A DNA stretch of 64,000 bases. Source: Flaccisagitta enflata. Its lineage: Eukaryota. Every line of letters begins with the position of its first letter. Position 1 is the first letter of the stretch. The notes below the pieces were generated by a model that saw only the letters and a program-made list of their open reading frames with translations, was not told the origin of the DNA and made no database searches. Location: assembly GCA_965153355.1 (NCBI GenBank), contig OZ231126.1:32984001-33048000 (forward strand). Direction: 5' to 3'. Shown piece by piece: positions 1 through 45,785 of the stretch. Both the position numbers and the translations under genes were made by a program.

Positions 1-997
1 CTTTCTTGAAATACCTATCTGCTTTAATTTGGCGTGAATTAAGACAACCAAACACGAAAGAAACTATTTCTTCAATGGAACATTTATTTTGCTTCTAAAG
101 AAAAGTGTCATGTACAATGTACATATACGTGTCCCGGTTGTTTTTTTCAAACAAACCAACAAACGAAAACAAGCAACATATTCCAACATAAAGTTTTCTA
201 TGTGGGCTCTGGGTTGCCTAGTCCGCGGAAGATTCTACGTGATAATGGCTTCTATATCGACTTTTTTGTTGCTTTGTCAATTTCGCCTCAAGCTGTTGGT
301 GGGGTTTACATACTAAGTCACATGAGCCGATTAAATCAATTGAAGTTGTTAAGTTAGTCTCTCTAATCACCCAGTTTTAGATAAGAATTATACAATAAGG
401 TCAATATTTCAAGGAACTGAAAAGAAAAAACGCGATAATTTGTTTTCTTTAGACGCCCATATTTCAATTTTCAAGGCCAAACGCGTGGGACCACCATCAC
501 CTTGCTTAACGTGTTTCATGTACATATACATTATATTTATCTATGATGACTGGTCATTGACTACTAATACAATGTTGCAACATTCTCACTTTTTGCAGTA
601 CACATAATGCGTAGATTTCTCATAACACTTGAAAAGAGCGAGGAATTTTTCATCAAAGGTAAAAAGCTCATATCATAAATTAGGAAGAAAAAAATGATCT
701 AGATTGATTCCCCCGAAAGTCTCATCCATTCATATGAAAGGCATTTTTTTTACATGAAATCATTTTGTAACCATTTTATTAGAAAATGAACAAAGACTTT
801 TCTCTACTGATCTCAATAAGAATATTTTTCTCCGATCTCTGTCAGTCAAATTGCGCTTTGATTTATACCAAATTTCCATCTCGCAATGAACGACGGTCTA
901 TCTTTTCTGCTCTCAATAGAATGTAAGGTTCCTTTGTCAGAGACGCTTTCATCTCCTAATCAGCACTTTCTGTATTCCTCTCTGCCTGTTTTCGTCT

Positions 998-1018
998 CTG
1001 TCTTTCTTTCATTCTTTC

Positions 1019-1108
<90 letters not shown>

Positions 1109-1130
1109 TTTCTTTCTACTTCTTTCTATT

Positions 1131-1209
<79 letters not shown>

Positions 1210-1340
1210 GTCTTTCTTTCTGTCTTTCTTTCTTTCTTTCTTTCTTTCTGTCTTTCTTTCTATCTTTCTTTCTTCCATTCATTCATGCATGCATTCATTC
1301 ATTCATTCATTCATTCATTCATTCATTCGTCCATTCGTCC
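998..1340. repeat. (TTTC)n then (TTCA)n microsatellite
   Basis: Seen directly. Confidence 0.95.
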
Positions 1341-1544
1341 GTTCTTTTTTTCTTTCTTACTCTCTTCTCTCTTTCCCCTACGTGTCCTAACCCAGTTGTT
1401 TAAAACGGGACCCGGCCTCCCTCAAACCGATTTCATTGCAATTGTGACATAATGACTCAATTTGCATGATGACAAATGCGAGAGAAAAATGATGCAACAA
1501 ATTTGCGTAATAAAAAACGGTGCACAAACTCTGCCGACTTTCCG

Positions 1545-1647
<103 letters not shown>

Positions 1648-2646
1648 CTTGATTGTATCTCTTCTCATTACATTCAAGCTCGTTTTCCCGCTCTCTTTCC
1701 CTGAACAATTTTGTTTTCTGCTACTTTATATCATGAATCCTCTCTCAACCAAAAATCTCCTTCCCAGTCTCTAAGTCCCCCCTTTATCATGCCCCTCCCT
1801 GTTCTTACGTCGTCCAACCCCTTCTTTTAGCCACACTCATGTTTTCTGCGTAATCTTTCAAAAGAACAACAACAAAAGAAAAAAATGAATGCAATGCAAA
1901 TATTTAAATGTATTCGAAAAGAAAATTTCCACGTTGTTGTCATCTTTTCAAATTTCGTTAAGGAACAGCTATCAATTTCCTTCTCTCCCTCCTGAAAACG
2001 GAAAGAAAAAATCGGAAATACTGTTATTTCCCATACTTCTCTTTCTTCAGCCTCGATCGATTTTTCACTTGTGGTTTCTATCTACTTTTATAGTGGAATT
2101 GCGAAAAGTCAAATTTTAAAAAGTTGGAAAAGGAAATTGATATCTCTCTTTGTAGTTCCCCTTCTTCCTCCCCCCCCCCCAAAACGCAAACGACGTCGTT
2201 CATAAATCGAGTGATTTTTTTTTTTCCATTATCATTCAGTCATGAGAGAGAATTTGGTTCCTATCAACCAACCAACATTTGGTTTCAACAGCCAACAACC
2301 CCGTGGCCGTTCTTGGTATAGAAATTCCGCTCATGTGCGCGCGCTTAACATTCCCAACATCTCTCTTTTTTGTTCCTAAACAGTCATAACGCATTCATGT
2401 ACAAAAACCAAAAAAAAAAATTATCCACCGATCGTCAGCCTATGTGCTCTTTAACTTTTATTTCTTCTCTCTTTCAATTAGGAAAGGTTTTATTTTTTAC
2501 ATTGGCAGTTTTTTTTTCCTTTGTACTAAGAACACCGCCCCAAAATTCCATTTTATTTATTCATTCATTTCAATTCGAGTCACACAATCTCTTTTGCTCG
2601 TAAAAAAAGTGCTCGTGCTTGTTATTTAAAAACAAATAGGGATCCG

Positions 2647-2802
2647 TTTTTTAGTCGCGGACGAGCGACTCTATAAGAGAATTTGTCCGTCCGTCCGTCC
2701 GTCCGTCCGTCGGTGAGCACGAGTTGAAAAGTGGAAAAACCAGCGTTTCTGCCCCTGCCCACCCGTCCGCGTCTGGTATTGGCCGTGTATCCGGCCTTGT
2801 TT
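2647..2802 (+). mobile_element. Short HINE/DINE-1-like (Helentron-associated) element
   Basis: T-run, sub-terminal IR (AGTCGCGGAC..), (GTCC)n core, 3' hairpin GGCCGTGTATCCGGCC, then TTGTTT. Confidence 0.75.
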
Positions 2803-3659
2803 GAATTCTTGCGTCAATATGTATAGATGGTGGAATGAAGTGGTGATAAAGGCGACTGGCAAGTTTCATACATCAATATAAATTTACATACGAAAGCAAC
2901 GTATGGATTAAGAAATATTAAAGATGATTCATATCGAAAGGTTTGTATGATACATTTAGTGAGAAATGTCCAAGTCATGTACACAGTGTTCATTTAATAC
3001 CACACGCCATTTTTCTTATTTTCTTTGTTTCTTTTTCTGATTCCGCACCAACTGATCAGTTTCATGGTAATACAATTCATAAAGAGATGCGTGATTGCCC
3101 TTTTTCAGATGATTACCATTTCCAATACGCATAGAAACCGATTCTCTTGCCACGACATCCGTACGCCACTTTGTTCTACGGACTCAATGCGTTTTGAGCG
3201 AGACAAAAAATGAGAGAAGCGATTTTTACTTTTGATTTTCCTGTAATCTCTCAGCATATTTATTTATGAATATTCTTATCATCATTACGTACAATTATCA
3301 CGTTATGTTGGTTTACATGTTTAAACCCGGGCCCTCGAGTCTTATGGATTCTGTAATAAAATCTCAGCTGTGTATGAAAAAAAAATCCTTTTCTTTTCAG
3401 GAACAGCCAATTGCGGAATGGTCGTGGGAAGCTTACTCATGATCATCCTAGTGAAATTATCATCAGAGTAATAAACAGAAACCTGTACAAATACTGCCAG
3501 CATTTGTCATACTATAGAGATTTGCTAAGTTTCACCCTTGATTTACCCTTGATTTTACTTAGATAAAGAATTGAAAATAGATTATCAATTTATAAGCTTC
3601 CCATGGCCATTTTACACGGGACAGTTAAGCTAGTTGTAGATAGGCAGTCAGCGGACAAA

Positions 3660-4040
3660 ACGTTATGGGTATATATATCCTACCGTTGGTTTTGATCTAA
3701 CATATGCAACAACCAGTGGTTTAAATAACACCTAGCTGTGATGATACAAAATTGTAGCATTACAGGTGGCTGCAATTCTAACAACCCGTTGTTGAATATA
3801 ATATTTTGTTTGTTGCAGCCGGCTTTAACTGGAGCAACTGATTGTCGCATACAATATTTTGTTTTTGAGCAGTATGTTAGATTGAAGCCAGTGGTATGAT
3901 ATGTATACCTATAGCGTTTTGTCCACTGACTGTAGGGCTGAACAAAGTAAGGAAGAATTGATGTCATCTGCGGAGTTAGAGCCACCATTTATGATTTTAT
4001 CACAAACCAATTGATGGACATGGCACATACTATCAGATAC
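3660..4040 (-). pseudogene. Possible decayed hAT transposase fragment
   Basis: Broken frames contain CHVHQL, APVKAGCN..LLELQP and VLFKPL...SKPTVGYIYP, with stops and shifts. Confidence 0.35.
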
Positions 4041-4211
4041 TTTTCGCGCTATTGTAAGTTGGTGGTAAATTGCTGATGATTATGAGATGGGAAACCAGAA
4101 AACAGCAAAATCACAACAGTACAGGATTTTTTCTATTTCTACCGTTTAGTAATACAGACACGAACCATAACCATCCGTTAAGACGAAAACAAACGAGATC
4201 GGTAGGACACG

Positions 4212-37103
<32,892 letters not shown>

Positions 37104-37537
37104 CTAAATGTTAGAATGTGAATATTCAGTCCCCTCATGTACAATTCTACTTATTGGCAAACTGGCTGAGGTCTGAAGTAACTCTGAGGTCTGAAGTAAC
37201 TTACTGAGCTAACCGTAACTGATTATCATTATCAAAGTCGATCGTAGGTATCTTTCTATCGAATTTTGTTTTATTTTTCCTAAAATGACATTTGATAATC
37301 CATTTTTTTTCACGGAAAAGTCTTGAAAAGTCATGAAGTCATGAAATGATGAAGGATGAATTTGACAACTTTACAGGTTAAACTTAAATTGCGGCAATAC
37401 GCGTAAGGTTAAGACAAAAAAAAACCAAAAAAAAAAAAAAAAACAACCAAAAAAGAAAAAAAAAACAGCAAGTACAGTGAAAGAAAAATAATACATCCTC
37501 GGCCGTTATAAGTCCAATATAGACGGCCAAGTTGTCA

Positions 37538-38599
37538 TCATTCACGATAAAAAGGCAATTGCCTTATGAATATCGGATGATTGATGGCATTGTACGTTCG
37601 AACCCCTTGACTTCGAGATTGCACATATTCTCGACTGCAGTAAGATGTTATGGCGGCGCCAATTCCACACAGCAACGCCATCGCCAAGACGGCCACCGAA
37701 ACTACGATGTGATACTGTCGTCTTTCGCCCGACGCCTCGTCTTCGCTCATTGACGATATAAGGGCGCCAACGAGGCAGAAAAACAAAAGGAAAATCCCGG
37801 CGAGATAAGTCGAAGCGACGAGAAACTTGTTACGGCAACAACGCCGAGAGTTGGTGTTATTCACCTCGTCGAGTTCTGCGGATACTCTTTCCAACATCTG
37901 CTGTGCGCGCAACTGGTGCTGATGCTGCCATTGTTGTCGCGAAGAAATATTTTTTACATTTACTGTCGTAGTCAGCGAAGGCGGAAATTGTCCGCCACAT
38001 ATCTCGCAATTGGTCCGTCCAGACGTCGACATCCAACGGAAGAGGCAAGACCGATGTACGCCGCCGGTAGTTCCTTTACAGAGGCATGGATACGTCGGAT
38101 TTGCCACAGGCTCTAAGCAAAACCGACAAGTGAGGGATTGCGTTGGGTAATGATCGCGTTGACCGGGAGAATCCTTCGACTTCCCTTGAGGATCCTGATT
38201 TGTCGGCATGTAAGATGGTGAAGCGCAGACGTCGACGTTAGGAGGCATAAGCGATGTTGGAACGTTGATGTAAAAAGGAGATTCCCGATTATCCGCGGGG
38301 TGGCGTACAGGATGAGCCAAACTATGCGTGCCAGCTGGGCAAGATGCTGTGTCAACTCCCATTCTGTAAGAGCTATGATTTGACGATGGTATGTCATTCG
38401 ATAAGGGGCGAGATGTCGGCGCCAAAACAGCGTCGGAGACATACAAGACGACAGCTGGCGCAGGTAGAGAGGAATTTGTCGAACGGCTCACTACAGTTGC
38501 ACTATGAACCTCGCTATTCACTTCATCTGTGTAATTATGGCACATGTTCATGTTATGATCACAATTGACCACAACGTTGTCTTGAAAATCAGGTTTCAT
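37538..38599 (-). CDS. Intronless RING-CH (RINGv, C4HC3) membrane E3 ubiquitin ligase, MARCH-like, 353 aa
   Basis: CRFC..PCLCKGT..VHRSCLFRW..CEIC motif followed by two hydrophobic helices (FLVASTYLAGIFLLFFCLVGALI; IVVSVAVLAMALLCGIGAAI). Ortholog not assignable by eye. Confidence 0.92.
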   Translation of the reverse strand: MKPDFQDNVVVNCDHNMNMCHNYTDEVNSEVHSATVVSRSTNSSLPAPAVVLYVSDAVLAPTSRPLSNDIPSSNHSSYRMGVDTASCPAGTHSLAHPVRHPADNRESPFYINVPTSLMPPNVDVCASPSYMPTNQDPQGKSKDSPGQRDHYPTQSLTCRFCLEPVANPTYPCLCKGTTGGVHRSCLFRWMSTSGRTNCEICGGQFPPSLTTTVNVKNISSRQQWQHQHQLRAQQMLERVSAELDEVNNTNSRRCCRNKFLVASTYLAGIFLLFFCLVGALISSMSEDEASGERRQYHIVVSVAVLAMALLCGIGAAITSYCSREYVQSRSQGVRTYNAINHPIFIRQLPFYRE

Positions 38600-38882
38600 T
38601 TTTTGCTGTTATCATGAAATTTACTAAATAGCCCAAACCGAACATGCACAAATAATCTTTCTATTCGCAATGCATGTAAAGGTTGTTGGGTAAAACGACA
38701 ATGACTCAAAATCATTTCGGCGTAATTTTACCTCGAGATCGAGACCAGTGAACCAGTTGGGATTTCGAGTTTTCGTTTTGACCCATTTACGATTAACTAA
38801 GACTGGAATTGGATGCCCCTTGCTCACGAGTTTTCATTTTAGTAAACAACCATTCTAACTACATGTATATTGATCTCAGTAT

Positions 38883-39510
38883 TAATAGAGCTCAGAAAGG
38901 TATAAAAAGTGGAATCTAATTCAATCCATTTGTCACAAGACCAATTTTAAGGTGGGGAATCAGATCAGACCACTAAAAAGATTCTCAGGTCAAGATTTGG
39001 GGCGATACCGCTACCTATCTCAGGTTTAAAGGCTATATAATGTCAAAATTTCAAAGCGGGAAATTTGAAAATCAGATTGCAGATTCAGAATCCTTGTAAA
39101 AAAGTATCAAAAGAAAGTGTCTTTTTTTTTGATATTCCATCTAGAAAACAGTCAAAATTATCATCAAATGTTAAATGAAACCAAATTTTAAACAAAAGAG
39201 CAATTTTAACCCGACCATAACCTAGGAAGTTAAATTACACCATGTTCTAGTTGGAATATCAAAAAAAGAGAAACACTTTCTTTAAGTACTTTTTTGCAAG
39301 GATTCTGAATCTGCAATCAGATTTTCAAATTTCCCAATTTGAAATTTTGACCTTATATAGCCTTTTGACCTGAGGTAGGTAGCGGTAGCGCCCCAAATCT
39401 TGACCTGAGAATTTTTTTAGTGGTCAGAGCTGGTTCCCCACCTAACAATTGGTCTTGTGACAAATGGATTGAATTAGATTCCGCTTTTTATTCATTTCTG
39501 GACCCTATTA
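38883..39510. mobile_element. Mutator-like foldback MITE
   Basis: Nearly fully palindromic; 10-bp TSD ATCTCAGTAT (38873-38882, 39511-39520). Confidence 0.88.
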
Positions 39511-40143
39511 ATCTCAGTATGTAGTTAGAATGGTTGTTTACTAAAATGAAAACTCGTGAGCAAGGGGCATCCAATTCCAGTCTTAGTTAATCGTAAATGG
39601 GTCAAATATATTTTGTTTGTAAAAAATACTTAAATAGGAAGACAAAACGCATTTAGCTCACTCAATAACCCTCACAAATATTGTGTCACCATCATGCCTG
39701 TCCATCATGGTAGTAAATTTAGATACAGATGTCAATTATCAGCTTAACGATGTCTTCTAAGTCGCGGACTAGCGGCTCAATAAGAGGGACTGTTCGACTG
39801 TTCATCCATTACTCCATGATGCTTAAATAGAATAGTCGCATTTTAGGGGGAGGGGTGTATGTGCCTGCCCAACCGTCCGCGACGACTTTGTTATCCCGCG
39901 TTCCTCGTTCATTGGTTAAATTCGGCTGAGCTGGGGCAAAGAACAGATCAAAAGATCATTCTTGAAATTACGAGGTTGATTTCAAAAGAGGTCATGCGCA
40001 CGTAACAGGATTTCTTTCTTCTCTCGACACCAGCTTCTCCACCAGTAGTTACCAGTGCACTTGGGGCAGTACCTCCGATTCTCTCTCTCCCTCCGTCCTC
40101 TGTGTCCTCTGTTTCTCTCTCCCTCTCAACTGTGTGTGTGCCT

Positions 40144-40219
<76 letters not shown>

Positions 40220-42135
40220 CCTCTCTTTCCCTCTCCCTCTCTCTCTCTCTCTCTTGATCGCTCTTTTTCCATTGGCAATCTATACCAGAAATAGCATTAG
40301 CCACTTTCCACTAAACTTTGGTCTTCAGTCATTGCAAAATCTGTAATTTGTTACAGTTCGATGGGAGCAATGATGACCTAGACTGGAGGATCGATTTCAT
40401 GGATCTTAGTCTTGTTTTTATTGTGAATTATTTCAGATCTAGGCTAATCAAAAAATGGCTCTATTAATAGAAAATGTTTCCGTATCTTAAACTTAAACTT
40501 GCAACTTGACCTCATCAAAACTTTTTTTTTCGAAGTCTTAACCTATCTCAATAAATTAGCTGGAAAATTCTATATAGTTTTGACAAAAATCAGCTAAATC
40601 GGTTAATTTTTTAGTCGCGTGCTACGCGACTCTACACCCCGCTTTGTCGGTCCATCCGTCCGTCGGTCCGTCGGTCCGTCACTACTTTTTTGACGTTAAT
40701 GGGGGTTTTGGACTTATTGCTCCTGCCCAAATGTTCCACTGACCTCAATTATGGCCCCTGCCCACCCGCACGCGACTGGGGTAGCCGTGTATCCGGCCTA
40801 GTTTAAGTTTTATGACCCTTTTAAATTTAACCCAAAAATTAATTTGCATAACTTTTGCTTAATAAATATAGCCATAAAACCTGTAAAAATAGTCCGATTA
40901 AGATAATTTTTTTTCTTTAAAATTATATAAAATTTTTCGCCTGATCTAATAAAATAGGTTAGAACCTTGAAAGATAAAGTCTTGATAAGGTCAAGTCACA
41001 AGTTGAAATTTGAGGGACGCAAATGCATTCACTCAATTGAGCAACCTTTTTAAGCCTAAATCTCAAATAATTTATAATACAAATAAAATCGAGATACAGT
41101 TAAATCCCGCGATACCAGATGCCGGGTTAGCTTCCCCCGCTTGCCACCTTTGACGCATCCCCATGGTTAACAAGTGGCCATGAGTCTTTCGGATTGAGCG
41201 GAACGAGGATGTAGCATTCTGCTTATTGAGCATTGGCGATTCTGACAGCATCAGTCTGAATGTCCCCGCTAGCCTTTTCAAAGGAGGTTCTGTGTACAGG
41301 GGACGAAACCTCTGGCTAGTCCACAGCTGATGACGCCAGCTCATGCTAAATACTCAAGCATTATTTTTTACAATTCTACAATCCCTTGAGATCCGTTATA
41401 GCGGGATTTAACTATACCTAAATACTGTCCTCCAGTCTGGGTCCCCATTGCTCACATTGTACTGTAGATTAAATCACAAATAATTGTATGTATTGATTGC
41501 ATCAGAGGAAATTAGGACTGAGCTAAAAGAGCTGAAACACTCAATATCAGTCTCACAGATGAGCAATTATGATTATTTACATACTTTTTTCAGGTCGCAG
41601 TTAGGATCAGAAAATATTCAGGGAGATCAATCTCAAAGTGTTAAGCTTACATTCTTATAATCCTATATTAACTGGGCTCAGAAGGTCAATGGAATGTCAC
41701 AGGCGATACCATGAAACATATTCCAAGGTTTTCGACCCGTAGAATCCGATTCTGAGGTCAAAAATGGCGAAATCTGACGGGATCCCGCACCGCCCCCGGA
41801 CCTGATCGAGCATATGGGCCCCGTAATCAGCATTTTGGCCATTTTTTAGGCTTTTTTCTCTCTCTCTATAGGGAAACTACGTTGTTTTCTCATGATAACA
41901 GACTAAAATGAGGCTGTAGAATTCAATAGTAATCGCCTGAGGGTTTTTTGACCACTATATCAGGGTGGAACCGGCCCCAAACGAGCATCGTGGCCCCGCG
42001 GCAAGCATATTTCACGAAATTTTTGCGTTTTTTTTTCATTTTCCCCTTTAAACAAGCAAAGGTTTCAGTACTAAGAGAGATTTTTATCTCTAACTGTAAG
42101 ATAGACGTTTTCCTTGTCTTGAGGTCATTATCTAA

Positions 42136-42171
<36 letters not shown>

Positions 42172-44102
42172 GCCAGTCTATATTCAAACAATCATCCTTC
42201 CGTTTGCGCGATTCTTTCGCGTGTTTCTTTTTAAATATGCGCTTATACGTTTTTGTTTTGAGATTAACTGGCAAGCAACTTACTGAAAGACAAACGAAAA
42301 AACCATACAAGACAAGAAAGACAGACAGAAAGATAAACAGACAGACAGACAGTCAGGCAAAGTTTAGGGAGGATCGTGTTCTTCAACGACGAGGAGGGAG
42401 AAATGAGAATAGTCGCAAAAGCGTTAGATGGTCAGCGGTACCCGTGCCCTGCCTAAGTAGGTTGTGGTTGAAGTTGAGGGGGGAGCAGGGCAGCGGTCCC
42501 AAAAAGGTCGATGACCTATGCTTTCACACATATGGGGGATTTTCTCCTTCTTCTCCTCCTCCTCCTCCTCCGTCCCTCCCCCCCTCAAATCCCAGTCTCG
42601 AGGACAAAATTCCGGTCTCGAGGCTCAAATCCCAGTTTTGAGGCCCACATCCCAGCCTCAAGGCCCAAATCCTAGCCTAAAGGCCTAAATCCCAGCCTGG
42701 AGGCTGAGTTTTGGGCCTCAAGGACAAGATCTGGGCCTCTTGGCTGAGATTTTAACATTGAGGCTGAGATTTGGGCCTCAAGACTGAAATCTGGGCCTCC
42801 AGGCTAGGATTTAGGCCTTGAGGCTAGGATTTGGGCCTTGAGGCTGGGATGTGGGCCTCAAAACTGGGATTTGAGCCTCGAGACCGGAATTTGGTCCTTG
42901 AGACTGAGGGGGGAGGGGGACATAGGAGGAGAAGGAAAAGAAGGAGAAAATCCCCCATACAGCTGGCGGACATCAAATCCGCTGGAATTAGCGGGACCCC
43001 TCTTGATTTTGTTGATTTCAACAGTTTCAACAGGATATTTACTATAGTTTATATAGTAAAAAATAAATATTGCAATTTTACTCAAAATACGTCATCTTCG
43101 ATTTTTTTCATTTTCTGCCCATTAAGGGCCCTAAATGAGCCCACCTTGGTGGTACATTAATCTCAGATACTCCCTGCCCCTAAGAGGCTCAAAATTGGGG
43201 CAAAAAATTTTTTACGTTAAATCCGTTGATTTTAGCGGGGGCAGGGTCACTTTTTTATATGACCATGCTAAAACCGCTGATTTTAACGGTTTTAACGCCA
43301 AAATCCCCTATAAAGGTCCTCCACATGCTTATTTGACATCATGAGGACCTCTATGGTGACAAAAATGAGCAAGTGAGCACACATGAGCAAGCATGAGCAA
43401 GCATGAGCAAGAATGCTAAATCCGCTGATTTTAACAGGTTTAACATCAAAATCACCTATTTCAGTCCTCCATATGCTTATTTGACAACATGAGATCCACT
43501 GTGGTGACAAAAAACAGCAAGTGAGCATACATGAGCAAGCATGAGTAAGTATGAGCAAGAATGCTAAATCCGCTGATTTTAACAGGTTTAACATCAAAAT
43601 TCCCTATTTTTGGCCTCCGCATGCTTCTTATACATCATAGACCCTCTACGGTGATGAAAAAGAGCAAGTGAGCACGCATGAGCCAGCATGAGCAAGCCTG
43701 AGCAAGCATGAGCAAGAATGCTAAATCCGCTGAATTTAACAGAATAAACATAGTTCCCTATTTTGGTCGTCCACATGATTTTTTGTCCTCGACGATCAGT
43801 TTACGTCGAGGACTATAACATAGCCTTGATCGTGTAGTCAGTCGTGTGTTGTCGTTTGTGTCAACCCTTAAAAACTTGAGAGTGAGGGCGAGGGAGAGGG
43901 AGGGAGGGGGAGGAAGAGAGGGCGGGCCACGGAAGGAGAGAGGGAGGGAGTTGCTGTTCACAACTTTTTGGGCAGCGGCCCTGAAGGGAACGATGTCCTG
44001 TAGAACACGGTATCGCTGACCACATATTGCCCTTGGGCGACTGGTTCTAGTTGGTTTACAACTTTTCCTAGTCGGTGAAAGCTACCATTACTCTCTTAAT
44101 AG

Positions 44103-44234
<132 letters not shown>

Positions 44235-44556
44235 TTCTACTTCACATAAGCTGCTACAAATAACAACTCATGGTGATCGCTTCAATAGCATCATTTCAAC
44301 AAGCTTCCAAGCGTGGACGCCGCAGATCCTCCCGATCCGAAGGGCAATCCATGGTAATAAGCAGGGGCAATCCACATCGTGGACCACTTGAGAACAGAGT
44401 AATAATTTGGTAATTGTAGGATAGAAGCCATCCTTAAGTGAAAGGCAATAATAATAACATCATGAGATCCAACCGTATCGGTATTTCCATTGGTAATTTG
44501 GCAGATCTCATTTGTTCAGCCATATTGGCACTTCCATGGGAACCAGCTAATTCTGT

Positions 44557-44706
44557 TTACTTCCTGGCCATGAAACCCCGGATGATTTTTTCGCTCCCAA
44601 GGAGGGTGATCTTTGCACATATAATTGTTGAGAGGTTTGCCGGGACCATGAGCTTATACTTCTCGAAATTCTCTGATACCACCCCAAGGCCACCAATGGC
44701 AACAGG
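44557..44706 (-). pseudogene. 3' fragment of a restriction-like-endonuclease non-LTR retrotransposon (R4/Dong/NeSL-like)
   Basis: PVAIGGLGVVSENFEKY...KITLLGSEKIIRGF* resembles the C-terminal 'PVVIGALG...K..LLG...I.R' of such ORFs; recognised from memory, not searched. Confidence 0.55.
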
Positions 44707-44716
44707 CAGAGAGAGT

Positions 44717-44747
<31 letters not shown>

Positions 44748-44830
44748 TGACAGAGAGTGACAGCCACAGAGAGAGAGAGATAGCGACAGAGACACAGTGA
44801 AACAGACACAAACAACACACACACACACGC

Positions 44831-44866
<36 letters not shown>

Positions 44867-45469
44867 ATGATTTTTTTCCGGTCGGCGAGAGCCGCCTTTA
44901 CAGGTAAAGGTTCACCAATGTTGTTCAAACTTGTTGTGAAGGTTTATTGCATCAATTAAAGCTCCCCTGCAAGATTTCAGATAATTCTGAGTATTGGTTT
45001 AGAAGATATAAGGATATTTTGCTAGTAATATTGATTCCTAGACTTGTGCAATTTACATAGGGGAATGGTAGTAAAGGTTCACCAATGTTGTTCATACTTG
45101 TTGTGAAGGTTCATTGCATCAATTAAAGCTCCCCTGCAAGATTTCAGTAAATTCTGAGTATTGGTTAAGAAAATATAAGGGTATTTATGATGTATCTAGT
45201 AACATTATTTCTTGGACTTAGGATTTTTTTTTTTTTTTTGAAATTTTTTTTTGAAATTTTTTTTTTTGAAAATTTTTTTTTTTTTTTTGAAAAAAATTGT
45301 TTTTAAAATTTTTGAAAAAAATTTTTTGAAAAAAAAATTTTTTTTGAAAAAAAAAAAGAATTTTTTTTTTGAAATCTTTTTTTTTTTTGAAATTTTTTTT
45401 TCTATTTGAAAAATTAGAAAATTTTTTTGTTATCTTTTTTATTGTTGGATTATAAAGTATGCTTTCATG

Positions 45470-45785
45470 GACTACAAGGAATGCCATCATGGGCTTCAAG
45501 GTATGCCATCATAGGCTGCAAGGTATGCCATCATAGGCTGCAAGGTATGCCATCATAGGCTGCAAGGTATGCCAACATGAACTTCAAGGTATGCCATCAT
45601 AGGCTGCAAGGTATGCCAACATGAACTTCAAGGTATGCCATCTATGGACTTTAAGGTATGCAATTGGTAGCCGGGTCAGACTGAGTAGCCGGGTCAGACT
45701 GAGTAGCCGGGTCAGACTGAGTAGCCGGGTCAGACTGAGTAGCCGGGTCAGACTGACTAGCCGGGTCAGACTGAGTAGCCGGGTC
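45470..45785. repeat. Adjacent 21-bp (AGGTATGCCATCATAGGCTGC-type) and 17-bp (GTAGCCGGGTCAGACTG-type) minisatellites
   Basis: Direct tandem units without unique spacers. Confidence 0.9.

Noticed and set aside
37413-37470. A-rich tract as the poly(A) scar of a MARCH retrocopy
   Set aside because: It is T-rich on the coding (minus) strand, so it has the wrong orientation; no TSD found.
39960-40340. Exon-like minus-strand stretch (YCPKCTGNYWWRSWC..; DFAMTEDQSL)
   Set aside because: No consistent frame or EGF pattern; possibly a decayed retroelement end, too degenerate to call.
45470-45785. CRISPR-like appearance of short repeats (also 23600-23995)
   Set aside because: Tandem units without unique spacers, no cas genes, eukaryotic context.
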